From: an uncultured virus (IMG/VR IMGVR_UViG_3300006112_000009) | Taxonomy: Duplodnaviria > Heunggongvirae > Uroviricota > Caudoviricetes | IMG/VR virus record: IMGVR_UViG_3300006112_000009 | Reading direction: 5' to 3' (one strand) | DNA: 64,000 nucleotides | Shown: piece by piece, positions 1-9,045 of the stretch | Position numbering within the stretch: the stretch's first letter is position 1 | Layout: each line of letters starts with the position of its first letter | Program-made: the position numbers and the translations under genes | The notes under the pieces: generated by a model | What the model was told of the DNA's origin: nothing | Database searches by the model: none | What the model saw: only the letters and a program-made list of their open reading frames with translations

Positions 1-12
1 GTTTGCTTTAAG

Positions 13-255
13 ATGGCTGTAACTATAAAATTACCGAACGGGTTAGAATCAAAACAAGAACAGTGGCTTATTAAGAATGTAGGCCCTAGGCTCCATTATA
101 TCCACAATAGTATCGGTGGACAAGGTTGGATCGCAAAAAAACAAAAGGTTATAGTTCAGAATGAGGATGTAGGAACTCACAGTTATAGAGTTCAATGGGA
201 TTTAACTTTCCAAGATGACAAGATGGCAACTTGGTTTACAATCATGTTTTCATAA
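13..255 (+). CDS. small hypothetical phage protein (C-terminal F.D...ATWF motif family)
   Basis: 80 aa ORF; stop overlaps next start (TAATG); C-terminus FQDDKMATWFTIMFS resembles that of the next ORF. Confidence 0.7.
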   Translation: MAVTIKLPNGLESKQEQWLIKNVGPRLHYIHNSIGGQGWIAKKQKVIVQNEDVGTHSYRVQWDLTFQDDKMATWFTIMFS

Positions 256-473
256 TGTTACAAGTTAGATTGATAGACAAGATGCCTAATGAGATTATGG
301 ACATTGTTAGAGAACTTAGGCAACAGGGATATACTCAAGGTACTGATTTTGACTTTGCATACAATAAACCCAGATATGATGACTTGAGCCATGATGCAGT
401 GTATAATAGACATACTGTGTTTACATTCTACAAAGAAGAATTAGCAACATGGTTTAGTTTAAGGTATGAATAA
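255..473 (+). CDS. small hypothetical phage protein, probable paralog of the upstream ORF
   Basis: likely ATG at 255 (TAATG coupling); ends FTFYKEELATWFSLRYE. Confidence 0.7.
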   Translation: MLQVRLIDKMPNEIMDIVRELRQQGYTQGTDFDFAYNKPRYDDLSHDAVYNRHTVFTFYKEELATWFSLRYE

Positions 474-754
474 TGGCAATAGCAGGAATTGGTAATAGTA
501 CAGGTACATTTGCACCATTGCAACATGTAACTCAACCTGATCGCACCTCTTACGAAACAACTAGTCGTGGTCGTATTACTCATAAGATTGATTTGAATTA
601 TCAAAAGGTTGATCCAAATGATTATATCAAATGGTGTCGTAGAAATTTAGGTGAGCGCGGTATTGCTTGGGACTTCTGGTTAGCCGGAAACGTGTTATAT
701 ATTGAAATCTGGGACGACAAGGCAAAGTTTATTTACGAAATGTGGAAGAACTAA
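473..754 (+). CDS. small hypothetical phage protein
   Basis: 93 aa, TAATG coupling; KWCRRNLG..G..WDF and I.D.KA.F.Y..W pattern similar to neighbours. Confidence 0.7.
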   Translation: MAIAGIGNSTGTFAPLQHVTQPDRTSYETTSRGRITHKIDLNYQKVDPNDYIKWCRRNLGERGIAWDFWLAGNVLYIEIWDDKAKFIYEMWKN

Positions 755-1303
755 ATGGCAGCGGACATTATGATTGACATTGAGAGTTTGTCAACAGACC
801 CTTATTGTGTTATACTTACAATTGGTGCAGTGCGCTTTGATCCAAAAGGTACTGGCATCGCTGAGAGATTGGAACTCAGACCAACAATCGAAGAACAGAC
901 AGACACATACAATAGGATAATTGACGATGATACATTACGCTGGTGGGGTGAGCAGTCAGCAGCAGCCCAAGAAGAAGCATTGGGGGACAGAGATAGAATC
1001 TCATTTAAAGAATGCATGGAAAAGTTATATAGCTTTTGTTGGAATCGCCGTGCTGTGTGGAGTAACGGTGCTGCCTTTGACTGCGTGGTTATGGAAACAG
1101 CATGGAAACAACTTGACATGCGAATCCCCTGGCCATTCTGGAGTGTGCGAGATACCCGTACTCTTTACGAAGTGGCTGGGGTCAAACTCAGAGACGGCGG
1201 GCATGTTACTTCTCACAAAGCAGTAGAAGATGCCGAACGACAAGCCATTGTTGTTCAACAAGCATATATGAAAATGATTAAAGCAGGATTAATGACACGA
1301 TGA
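755..1303 (+). CDS. DEDDh 3'-5' exonuclease (DnaQ/RNase T-like superfamily)
   Basis: ExoI DIES, ExoII WSNGAAFD, RDTRT, ExoIII HKAVEDA motifs. Confidence 0.85.
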   Translation: MAADIMIDIESLSTDPYCVILTIGAVRFDPKGTGIAERLELRPTIEEQTDTYNRIIDDDTLRWWGEQSAAAQEEALGDRDRISFKECMEKLYSFCWNRRAVWSNGAAFDCVVMETAWKQLDMRIPWPFWSVRDTRTLYEVAGVKLRDGGHVTSHKAVEDAERQAIVVQQAYMKMIKAGLMTR

Positions 1304-1887
1304 AATTTCAATCAGATATTGATATTGACTTTGGTGATAGGGATAAAATTCTACAACACATCAAATATATCCCTGCAGCAATGCGTAAAGTACAACCTAT
1401 GCGTAAACATTCAACAGGGGTACATATCACAGATGTTCCATATGATGCAATCAATGACATGGCTAACATTGATTATAGTGATGCAGAGAAACGTGGATAC
1501 TTTAAACTAGACTTATTGAATGTTCATATCTATAATCATGTTAAGGATGAACAACATTTAGAACGACTAATGCAGAATCCATTCTGGAGTAAACTAAATG
1601 ACAAAACATTTGTTGAGAAGTTGATTCATTTAAGCAATCACTATAACTCTATTCAACGAATGCCTGAACCAATTGATAGTATTCCTAGACTAGCAATGTT
1701 TCTTGCTATCATTCGTCCAGGTAAAAAACACTTGATTGGATTACCTTGGCGTGAAGTAGCGAAAACTGTATGGGATAAAGATATTGATGGGTACACATTC
1801 AAACGTTCACATTCCTGTGCTTACGCATTATTAGTTGTTGTGCATATGAATTTGTTGACTGAGAATCTAGGGCAGTCGCTTGACTAA
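1300..1887 (+). CDS. DNA polymerase III alpha (DnaE)-like fragment, C-terminal half of a miniature catalytic core
   Basis: DIDIDF (DnaE PDIDIDF), KHSTGV (HAAGV), FKLDLL (KFDFLGL), IRPG, GYTFKRSHSCAYA (YGFNKSHAAAYA) in 195 aa; ATGA overlap with the exonuclease. Confidence 0.85.
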   Translation: MKFQSDIDIDFGDRDKILQHIKYIPAAMRKVQPMRKHSTGVHITDVPYDAINDMANIDYSDAEKRGYFKLDLLNVHIYNHVKDEQHLERLMQNPFWSKLNDKTFVEKLIHLSNHYNSIQRMPEPIDSIPRLAMFLAIIRPGKKHLIGLPWREVAKTVWDKDIDGYTFKRSHSCAYALLVVVHMNLLTENLGQSLD

Positions 1888-2247
1888 AGTGATGCTTTTA
1901 CGCTTGCTCTTGCGTTTACCAAGTTCTAACATGCTACATGTGGGTCCGTGAATAACAGTTAGACTTTTATTATTGAACGTTCGTAAATAGGGTCTAAACT
2001 CGGCCCACTCAGTCTTTAAGAACATATTAATGGGGATCAATCTATTTGATTCCCACCACCATTGATCCCCGAGGTCTAGAAATTTTTGACGTAATATCTG
2101 ATCCACTATCGCACCATAATCATATATAGTGGTAACAACATCATCACGGTTTTGTACAATTCCTACATAATCTTGGCCAGCGTAGGAGCAAACAGTGATG
2201 AATGGATGATTTTCTGATAGTTTTTGAAAGAATTCGTTGTGCATCAA
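1867..2247 (-). CDS. hypothetical phage protein
   Basis: 126 aa ORF with basic C-terminus; late-type GATAAATA on the minus strand at 2266-2273. Confidence 0.7.
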   Translation of the reverse strand: MMHNEFFQKLSENHPFITVCSYAGQDYVGIVQNRDDVVTTIYDYGAIVDQILRQKFLDLGDQWWWESNRLIPINMFLKTEWAEFRPYLRTFNNKSLTVIHGPTCSMLELGKRKSKRKSITLVKRLP

Positions 2248-2330
2248 ATAAAGTAACTCTAGGATTATTTATCTGGGCAATTTTACCATTATATTTAATT
2301 TCTTACTAAATACACTATAGGAGCCAGATC

Positions 2331-3077
2331 GTGTATTCAACCGAAGTTTATTCATACATACCAAGACAAATCGTAGTGATGATCTATGGCAACTCACCTA
2401 GGAGTTACAGTATCGTGTACGCAAAAAATTTAAGATTGCATAAGGGCGTGGATAACAGAATCCAGTTCAAATTCATTAACCAAGAACAAAAACCAGTAGA
2501 CATTACCGGTGCTGAGATTACCATGCGTATCCTTAATAGTGATGGAACTCAGGTCCTAATACAGAAAGCATTGACTCTTGTTTATGCATTAACAGGGTTA
2601 GCTGAACTTCAATTGTTATCGTCAGAACTAGATAGTGTTGAATCACAAAAAGGATACTATTCGTTAGAAATCCCATCAAACAGTTTCAATGTGCCTGTGT
2701 TCTTAGACAATGACAGCGCAGCACGTGGTATCATTTGGATTGAGGATAGTGTGTTACCAAAACATATGCCTAGCATGAATGTTACTATCCCTTCACATCC
2801 TGTTCCACAAAACAACACAGTAACATTTACAAGTAGCACAGTTAGTACATCATATAATCCAAAATTAACTTTGCAAGCATACTACAATAACTTTTCAGGT
2901 ACCGTTCAGGTACAAGGATCAACTATACCAGACAATGACTGGTATAACATCAATGATCCAATCACTTATATTAATCAAGCAAATACTGATTACTACCAAA
3001 TAGAAGGATTCCATCCATATATCAGAGTGCAGTTTAATTGTACTCAGGGCGATGTGACTGACATATTGGCAAGATAA
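2331..3077 (+). CDS. putative virion structural protein (baseplate-upper/Ig-like beta fold)
   Basis: GTG start after AGGAG; beta-rich with KPVDITGAEITM motif typical of BppU-like N-domains. Confidence 0.5.
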   Translation: MYSTEVYSYIPRQIVVMIYGNSPRSYSIVYAKNLRLHKGVDNRIQFKFINQEQKPVDITGAEITMRILNSDGTQVLIQKALTLVYALTGLAELQLLSSELDSVESQKGYYSLEIPSNSFNVPVFLDNDSAARGIIWIEDSVLPKHMPSMNVTIPSHPVPQNNTVTFTSSTVSTSYNPKLTLQAYYNNFSGTVQVQGSTIPDNDWYNINDPITYINQANTDYYQIEGFHPYIRVQFNCTQGDVTDILAR

Positions 3078-3090
3078 AGTCCCAAGACTC

Positions 3091-3119
3091 TTGCTTTCTG
3101 ATACATACTGTAATATAAT
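3091..3119 (+). promoter_or_regulatory. sigma70-like promoter for primase-helicase
   Basis: TTGCTT-17 nt-TATAAT immediately upstream of the primase ATG. Confidence 0.65.
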
Positions 3120-3125
3120 TGTAGT

Positions 3126-4109
3126 ATGTTTGATATTACCTCTTTGATTCCCGGTAGAAAGAAACAGACCCAAAGTGGTTGGATCAGTTTCAATGCTATC
3201 TGTTGTGGTCATAGAGGACATAAACCTGATCGTAGAAGTCGTGGTGGACTTAAACTTGAAGGTAACAATTGGGTCATGCATTGCTTCAATTGTAGTTATA
3301 GTTGTAACTTCACACTTGGTAAACAAATCGGCCCTAAAACAAAACAATTTTTAAAATGGTGTGGGTGTGACGAGACACAGATACAACGTTGGAGCTTAGA
3401 AAGTCTACAGCACAAAGATGCGTTAGACTTGATACAACCACAACACAAAAAAGCACTTAAGTTTCAAAACAAGGAACTACCTGAAAATAGTGAACGATTA
3501 GACAAGAATAACCAAAATCATCAATTGTTCATTAACTACTTAGATAATCGTAGCATAGACCTAAGTAAATATACATTCTATGTCACACCATATGACAAAG
3601 ACAACATCAGAAATCAGCAACGCATTATTGTGCCCTATAACTACAAGAACAAACTTGTGGGCTTTACTAGTAGGTACATTGATGGAAGAATCCCCAAGTA
3701 CATAAACGAACAACAACCAGGTTACGTTTTCAATATTGACCAGCAAAAATATGACTGGCAATATTGTATCGTGACCGAAGGTATCTTTGATGCATTAGCT
3801 ATTGATGGTGTCGCAGTCATGCATGATGATATCAGTCCAGAACAGGCTCAACTGATAGCACAATTAAACAAAAGAGTAATCGTAGTTCCAGACTTTGACA
3901 AGACAGGTCTCAAACTAATTGATAGAGCATTAGAATTAGGATACCATGTTAGTTTACCTAACTGGGGCCCAAACGTAAAAGATGTGAATGATGCTGTAGT
4001 CAAGTACGGAAAATTACCTACTTTACTAGCGATACTACAAAGTGCTACAATGAGCAAAATAAAATTAGAAATGCAGAGGAAGAAAATTGGCAAACAAAAC
4101 GGATTCTAA
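3126..4109 (+). CDS. DNA primase (Zn-binding + TOPRIM; T4 gp61-like)
   Basis: CCGH...HCFNC zinc site; TEGIFDA, PDFD and KDVND TOPRIM motifs. Confidence 0.88.
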   Translation: MFDITSLIPGRKKQTQSGWISFNAICCGHRGHKPDRRSRGGLKLEGNNWVMHCFNCSYSCNFTLGKQIGPKTKQFLKWCGCDETQIQRWSLESLQHKDALDLIQPQHKKALKFQNKELPENSERLDKNNQNHQLFINYLDNRSIDLSKYTFYVTPYDKDNIRNQQRIIVPYNYKNKLVGFTSRYIDGRIPKYINEQQPGYVFNIDQQKYDWQYCIVTEGIFDALAIDGVAVMHDDISPEQAQLIAQLNKRVIVVPDFDKTGLKLIDRALELGYHVSLPNWGPNVKDVNDAVVKYGKLPTLLAILQSATMSKIKLEMQRKKIGKQNGF

Positions 4110-5544
4110 ACAATTAGAATATACACCAGACGTACAGAAATTATTTTTGCGAATGATGTTAACAGACGCGGGTTTATATACTCGTGTTATGAACATTATG
4201 AATAGTGAGAACTTTGATAAGAGCCTACGACCAGTAGCGGAGATGTTTAAAGAACATACTGACAAGTATAAAGTACTTCCAGATAACACTCAAATCAAAG
4301 CAATTACAGGAGTAGAAATTGAACCCATTGAAGACTTAAGTGATGGTCATCACGAGTGGTTCTTTGATGCGTTTGAAGCATTTACAAAACGACAAGAACT
4401 AGAACGAGCAATTCTTAAAGCAGCCGACTTGTTAGAAAAGGGTGACTTTAGTCCAGTCGAGAAACTAATCAAAGATGCAGTACAAATCAGTCTACAAAAA
4501 GACATGGGTACTGATTACTTTTATGATCCTAAAACTCGTATCAACAAATACTTTAACGCAGGTGGGCAAGTAAGTACAGGCTGGCCACAGATGGATAAGA
4601 TTCTCTATGGTGGCATGAGTCGTGGGGAATTGAATATCTTTGCAGGTGGTAGTGGTTCAGGTAAATCATTGGTTATGATGAACTTGGCATTGAACTGGTT
4701 GCAACAGGGAATGAGTGGGGTCTATATCACGTTAGAACTTAGTGAGGAACTAACTAGTTTGCGTACAGATGCCATGTTGACTAGCATGGGCACAAAAGAT
4801 ATTCGTAGGGATATTGATACAACTCACTTGAAAGTCAAGGCTGTTAGTAGAAACGCAGGTAAGTATCGTGTCAAAGCATTACCTGCACAAAGTAACGTCA
4901 ACGATATTAGAGCATATTTGAAAGAAGTACAAATTCAAACAGGTATCAAAATTGACTTTGTAATGGTTGACTATCTTGACTTGGTTATGCCGGTATCAGT
5001 TAAAGTCAATCCCAACGATCAGTTTATCAAAGACAAGTATGTTGCAGAAGAATTACGTAACTTAGCAAAAGAAATGGGTGTTTTATTGGTAACTGCAAGT
5101 CAGTTGAATCGTAGTGCAGTTGATGAAATTGAGTTTGACCACAGTCACATTGCAGGTGGCATTAGTAAGATTAACACAGCAGATAACGTGTTTGGTATCT
5201 TTACAAGTCGTAGTATGCGTGAGCGCGGCAAGTATCAAATGCAATGTATGAAAAGTCGTAGTAGTACAGGGGTTGGTCAAAAGATTGACTTAGACTACAA
5301 TATCGAGACCATGAGAATTACTGACGAGGATCCTGACGGGTATGCTGAACAACAAGCAAAATACAAACCAAGTCCTAGTCCAAATGATATTATGAATCAA
5401 TTAAAACCACATGCTACATTAGTCAGTACATCTCCGGTGATTGACAATGACACAGGGGAAATATTAGAACCTATTCAGAAAAAAGTAGTTGCGGATGTAC
5501 AGGGTTCAAAATTGCAAGCAATGTTGAAACAACTTAAAAAGTGA
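4087..5544 (+). CDS. replicative DnaB-like helicase (T4 gp41-like)
   Basis: Walker A GGSGSGKS, ITLELSE, VDYLDL, TASQLNR, KSR motifs; adjacent to primase. Confidence 0.92.
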   Translation: MANKTDSKQLEYTPDVQKLFLRMMLTDAGLYTRVMNIMNSENFDKSLRPVAEMFKEHTDKYKVLPDNTQIKAITGVEIEPIEDLSDGHHEWFFDAFEAFTKRQELERAILKAADLLEKGDFSPVEKLIKDAVQISLQKDMGTDYFYDPKTRINKYFNAGGQVSTGWPQMDKILYGGMSRGELNIFAGGSGSGKSLVMMNLALNWLQQGMSGVYITLELSEELTSLRTDAMLTSMGTKDIRRDIDTTHLKVKAVSRNAGKYRVKALPAQSNVNDIRAYLKEVQIQTGIKIDFVMVDYLDLVMPVSVKVNPNDQFIKDKYVAEELRNLAKEMGVLLVTASQLNRSAVDEIEFDHSHIAGGISKINTADNVFGIFTSRSMRERGKYQMQCMKSRSSTGVGQKIDLDYNIETMRITDEDPDGYAEQQAKYKPSPSPNDIMNQLKPHATLVSTSPVIDNDTGEILEPIQKKVVADVQGSKLQAMLKQLKK

Positions 5545-5570
5545 TAAATAATAATAGGAAATCTATTTTT

Positions 5571-5834
5571 ATGCAAAAGAAAACCCGCAGTCTCTTAGAG
5601 GAATTAGAGTCAATTGGACAAAACCGTGACACTAAGCACATTATTGAGAGCCGAGCTAATAATATCATTACCAGCGCAATTAATTTGTTAGAAATGATTA
5701 ATAAGCATTATGACACTGAAAAAGCGGCTATATTGGAGCGTAAATTGTTGAACGCAATTAAAGCCAGGGACACAGTTAGATTTTCAAAAAGTATTAGGAA
5801 AAACGATGAAGATCAACGAAGTGATTCTGAATGA
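5571..5834 (+). CDS. hypothetical protein (late)
   Basis: ATG at 5571 after GATAAATA (5543-5550) and AGGA. Confidence 0.65.
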   Translation: MQKKTRSLLEELESIGQNRDTKHIIESRANNIITSAINLLEMINKHYDTEKAAILERKLLNAIKARDTVRFSKSIRKNDEDQRSDSE

Positions 5835-6450
5835 GGGTGTATTTGACCCAATAAAGAAGGCAGCACAAAGCCCTACTGCTAAATCTGTGGGTACTGGAAT
5901 TTCTGCTGCTGCGGATTGGGCCAAATCAAAAGCATATACTCATCTAGGTGGATTAGGTCAATCTCTAGGTTGGCAGGGTTCGGCAGTTCGTCAGCATTAT
6001 TTAAATAAATTTATAAGTGATTATAATCGTTTCAAGTTGTCTGCTCACCGATCAGGCGTGGGTGACGGGGCAATAGGACCGTATATCAGAAGCTATATTA
6101 ACAAATACGGCTGGTCTGTACCTGAAGCAGAAATTGAAAAAATTACTACCTCAGTGGGAAATGATCCAACTAAAGCAGCTAATGCAATGTATATGTTAGC
6201 AGTTCAACAGAAAGCTAACGGAGATTCCAGTGGTTCCGGTGCAGCGACGGCTACGGCTGATAAAGCACCGACTGCTTCTGACCAACCTAGCCCAGTAGCT
6301 ACCGGAGTAATTAGCAAAGTTGCAAGAATGACAGATTTAAACGACATTTCCGATGTTGCTAAAGGTGCGATGCAAAGACTTAATAAACTAGACCGCCGAG
6401 CATATCAGCAACTTAGAAAAGAAGTTATAACTGGTAAAAAAGCAAAGTAA
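5806..6450 (+). CDS. putative head-internal protein with capsid-targeting-like N-terminus
   Basis: starts MKINEVILNE-G; 214 aa. Confidence 0.5.
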   Translation: MKINEVILNEGVFDPIKKAAQSPTAKSVGTGISAAADWAKSKAYTHLGGLGQSLGWQGSAVRQHYLNKFISDYNRFKLSAHRSGVGDGAIGPYIRSYINKYGWSVPEAEIEKITTSVGNDPTKAANAMYMLAVQQKANGDSSGSGAATATADKAPTASDQPSPVATGVISKVARMTDLNDISDVAKGAMQRLNKLDRRAYQQLRKEVITGKKAK

Positions 6451-6524
6451 AACCAAAAAATTTTTAAATAGGCATAAATAAACATAGAGTCTATATGACT
6501 CACAAACTTTAAAAGGAAAATATC

Positions 6525-6911
6525 ATGGCAGATCAAACAAAAGTCCACGGTGACTTTAAACCGGTAATGAACTTTGACACAAATTCATACACAACAGGTT
6601 CATTGAATGACGTAACAACTGGTGTAACAGTACAACCACAAGGTCCTAAGTTAGACTTCTTCACTATCAATGGTGGCGCTAACTGTAACCTAGCTACAAC
6701 TTCTAACGTTGCAGCAGCTATCCAAACTATCCAACAATTGGGTACAGTTTACTTGTACAATGTTAACACATCTTCTACAGGTAACATCAGCATTGCTACA
6801 TACCCAACAGGCGCTTACACAGCAGCAAGTTTGGCATTGGCAATCAACACAGCTATTGCTTCTAACGTTACTAACGGTAACGCAAGTGCATCTACTGGCG
6901 CATCATTCTAA
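6525..6911 (+). CDS. putative small virion structural protein
   Basis: late promoter CATAAATA 6473-6480, AAGGA RBS, T/N/A/G-rich, followed by terminator. Confidence 0.55.
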   Translation: MADQTKVHGDFKPVMNFDTNSYTTGSLNDVTTGVTVQPQGPKLDFFTINGGANCNLATTSNVAAAIQTIQQLGTVYLYNVNTSSTGNISIATYPTGAYTAASLALAINTAIASNVTNGNASASTGASF

Positions 6912-6933
6912 TCTAAAACTTAGATTAATAAAC

Positions 6934-6961
6934 AGGCCCGAGAATTTCTCGGGCTTTTTTA
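6934..6961 (+). terminator. intrinsic terminator
   Basis: AGGCCCGAGA-ATT-TCTCGGGCT hairpin followed by a T run. Confidence 0.85.
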
Positions 6962-6977
6962 CCTCTATAAATACTGT

Positions 6978-7436
6978 ATGAGTTACAGAATCAGATGTTA
7001 CACACTCTTTGATATTACAAAAACCGGTGTACTAAACAGAAAAGCACCGTCAACCTACACAACCGAAGAAATTAAAATTTGGGAACAAAAGCGTAACACA
7101 CAGTTAAACTACGATACGATATTGCAGATTATTTCAATACGTAGTCAACCTGAAAATAACACATCCACTAAAGAAATTTTAGTCAATTTTAAAGAATTTG
7201 AAAATTTTGGGTTCTTATTTGATGACGAAGAGGATCAAAAATGCTGGTACTTTGACTTTGATATTGCACAGGCTAAAGTTTTTTATGATGGGATAGACGA
7301 ATTAGGATCATTGTTTACTGATGCAAACGGTGTCCCCATCATCAAAACCAACACAGCTTGGGATAAACTACCTCAATTTTTAGATACTAGTCCTGAACTA
7401 AAAAACATTCATTTTGAGATATTAAGAGATGAGTAA
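6978..7436 (+). CDS. hypothetical protein
   Basis: 152 aa ORF after TATAAATA at 6966-6973. Confidence 0.7.
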   Translation: MSYRIRCYTLFDITKTGVLNRKAPSTYTTEEIKIWEQKRNTQLNYDTILQIISIRSQPENNTSTKEILVNFKEFENFGFLFDDEEDQKCWYFDFDIAQAKVFYDGIDELGSLFTDANGVPIIKTNTAWDKLPQFLDTSPELKNIHFEILRDE

Positions 7437-7899
7437 AAAGAAATTTGACATGTTGAAAAACATGTTTGACAACAATGATATACAGTCCTTAATTGAGTCC
7501 ATCATCTATGATACAAAAGATGGATATCAATTATTTGGCGAGTATCACATCAAAAAAGTAGGTAATAAGTTTATTGTTACTAAGAACAGAACCGACTTAA
7601 CTGAGATTTTTAGCAATTTAAAAAATGCGATTGTTTGGACTACTATGTACAAACGTGATAAACTTGTGGATGCAAATCGTGTCAAAGACTTAGATATTTT
7701 GCTTGAGGGTGCAGTTGTAAGCTATGAGATTCACAAAAAACTAGCTAAAAAAGCAAAAGACTTAGATACAAAAACACTTCACATAGTCAAATTACAAGAA
7801 GACCAAATGAAGCAAAAAGCTATTATTGAAGAACTAGACCGTTTTGTAATTAATGCTAAAAACTGGCAATACCGTCAGTTCAAAGAAGCAGCAAAATAA
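7429..7899 (+). CDS. hypothetical protein
   Basis: 156 aa ORF overlapping the upstream stop. Confidence 0.7.
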   Translation: MSKKKFDMLKNMFDNNDIQSLIESIIYDTKDGYQLFGEYHIKKVGNKFIVTKNRTDLTEIFSNLKNAIVWTTMYKRDKLVDANRVKDLDILLEGAVVSYEIHKKLAKKAKDLDTKTLHIVKLQEDQMKQKAIIEELDRFVINAKNWQYRQFKEAAK

Positions 7900-7941
7900 A
7901 CAAAGATGATAAATACAATATAAGTTACTTCGGGAAAAACT

Positions 7942-8655
7942 ATGAAACTAACAGAATTTAATATGAAACCAACTCAAGCAGCTAAGAAAGCTCTAAAAGA
8001 ACATTTCAATGCTAACTTAGATGTTGACAGTTTAGGTCTATATGACACTAATCGTATGCTACGTAAAGTCCGTGGTTTTATCGCAGAAATGAAATCTGCT
8101 GGTAAAGTTCACCAAGGCCAAAACAACCCAGCATACTTGAAAGCAGTGTTCATGGAACAAGCATTAGCAAGTCACTTTGCTACATTGAAGGCTTTACCTG
8201 TATATAATCAACGTATCGTTGTAGAAAACGAAGAAGTTGAAAAATCACAAGTTATTTTAGCAGCACAAGAAATGGTTGACAGCCTACAAAAGATGGTTGA
8301 ACAAATTTCTGACATGCTAGTTAAAGAACTTCCAGCAGTTGTTGACGGTGTTAACAGTGAAGTTGGTACTACAGAAGGTGATTCTTTCAATCAACAAGCA
8401 ACTGAAGCATTAAGCTCATTGCAAGGCGCATTGACACAAGCTAAAGCAGGTCTACAAGGTGCATTGGGTGTTATCACCGGTCAAGGTGGTGACATGGATA
8501 TGGGCATGGATGACGGTATGGGCGCAGAACCTACAATGGGTGATGAAGAACTTGGTGGCGACATAGGTGATGACTCTGAAATGGGTGCAGAACCAGAAAT
8601 GCCAGAAGAACCAAGCGAATTGCCTGAGCCAAACGTAGGACGTGCAAAGCGTTAA
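7942..8655 (+). CDS. putative prohead core/scaffold-like protein
   Basis: late promoter 7908-7915; MKLTEF start; helical with acidic D/M/G/E/P-rich tail. Confidence 0.45.
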   Translation: MKLTEFNMKPTQAAKKALKEHFNANLDVDSLGLYDTNRMLRKVRGFIAEMKSAGKVHQGQNNPAYLKAVFMEQALASHFATLKALPVYNQRIVVENEEVEKSQVILAAQEMVDSLQKMVEQISDMLVKELPAVVDGVNSEVGTTEGDSFNQQATEALSSLQGALTQAKAGLQGALGVITGQGGDMDMGMDDGMGAEPTMGDEELGGDIGDDSEMGAEPEMPEEPSELPEPNVGRAKR

Positions 8656-8656
8656 T

Positions 8657-9001
8657 ATGAGACTATTTGAGTTCGCTGACGATGATCCACTACGTGTTAA
8701 GCTGGCTAGCGTAGCTATTCAGCTTAAGTCCAAAATGGCTGAGACAGACGAACCAATGTCAGTTGATGACTTCTTAAATTTACTAAATGATAACGGAGTA
8801 ACGATTGGCAAGTCTGACATATATAATTTGATTAAAAAAGAACCATTAGTCAACATCATTACAGCAATTGAAGGTGATAAAGTTATCTTCAAAGGTCAAG
8901 GTGGCGATGAAGACTTTGGCGATATGGGTGATGAACAGCCCGGGGAGAATGAAAAGATTCTTCAACAGATGGCTAGTAAGCAAACTGCTAAACTAAGTTA
9001 A
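8657..9001 (+). CDS. hypothetical protein (MRLFEF N-terminus)
   Basis: ATG at 8657; acidic C-terminal region. Confidence 0.6.
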   Translation: MRLFEFADDDPLRVKLASVAIQLKSKMAETDEPMSVDDFLNLLNDNGVTIGKSDIYNLIKKEPLVNIITAIEGDKVIFKGQGGDEDFGDMGDEQPGENEKILQQMASKQTAKLS

Positions 9002-9010
9002 CCAATAATA

Positions 9011-9039
9011 TTGTACTACAGAGAAATTTGTAGTACAAT
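9011..9039 (+). promoter_or_regulatory. sigma70-like promoter
   Basis: TTGTAC-17 nt-TACAAT; overlaps inverted repeat TTGTACTACA...TGTAGTACAA. Confidence 0.55.
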
Positions 9040-9045
9040 TTCCAT

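Noticed and set aside
1300..1887. Split intein (as in cyanobacterial DnaE) joining the two polymerase halves
   Set aside because: Neither half has intein sequence: the N-half stops right after EFLK and the C-half has only MKFQS before DIDIDF, with no Cys-start block or HN/C junction.
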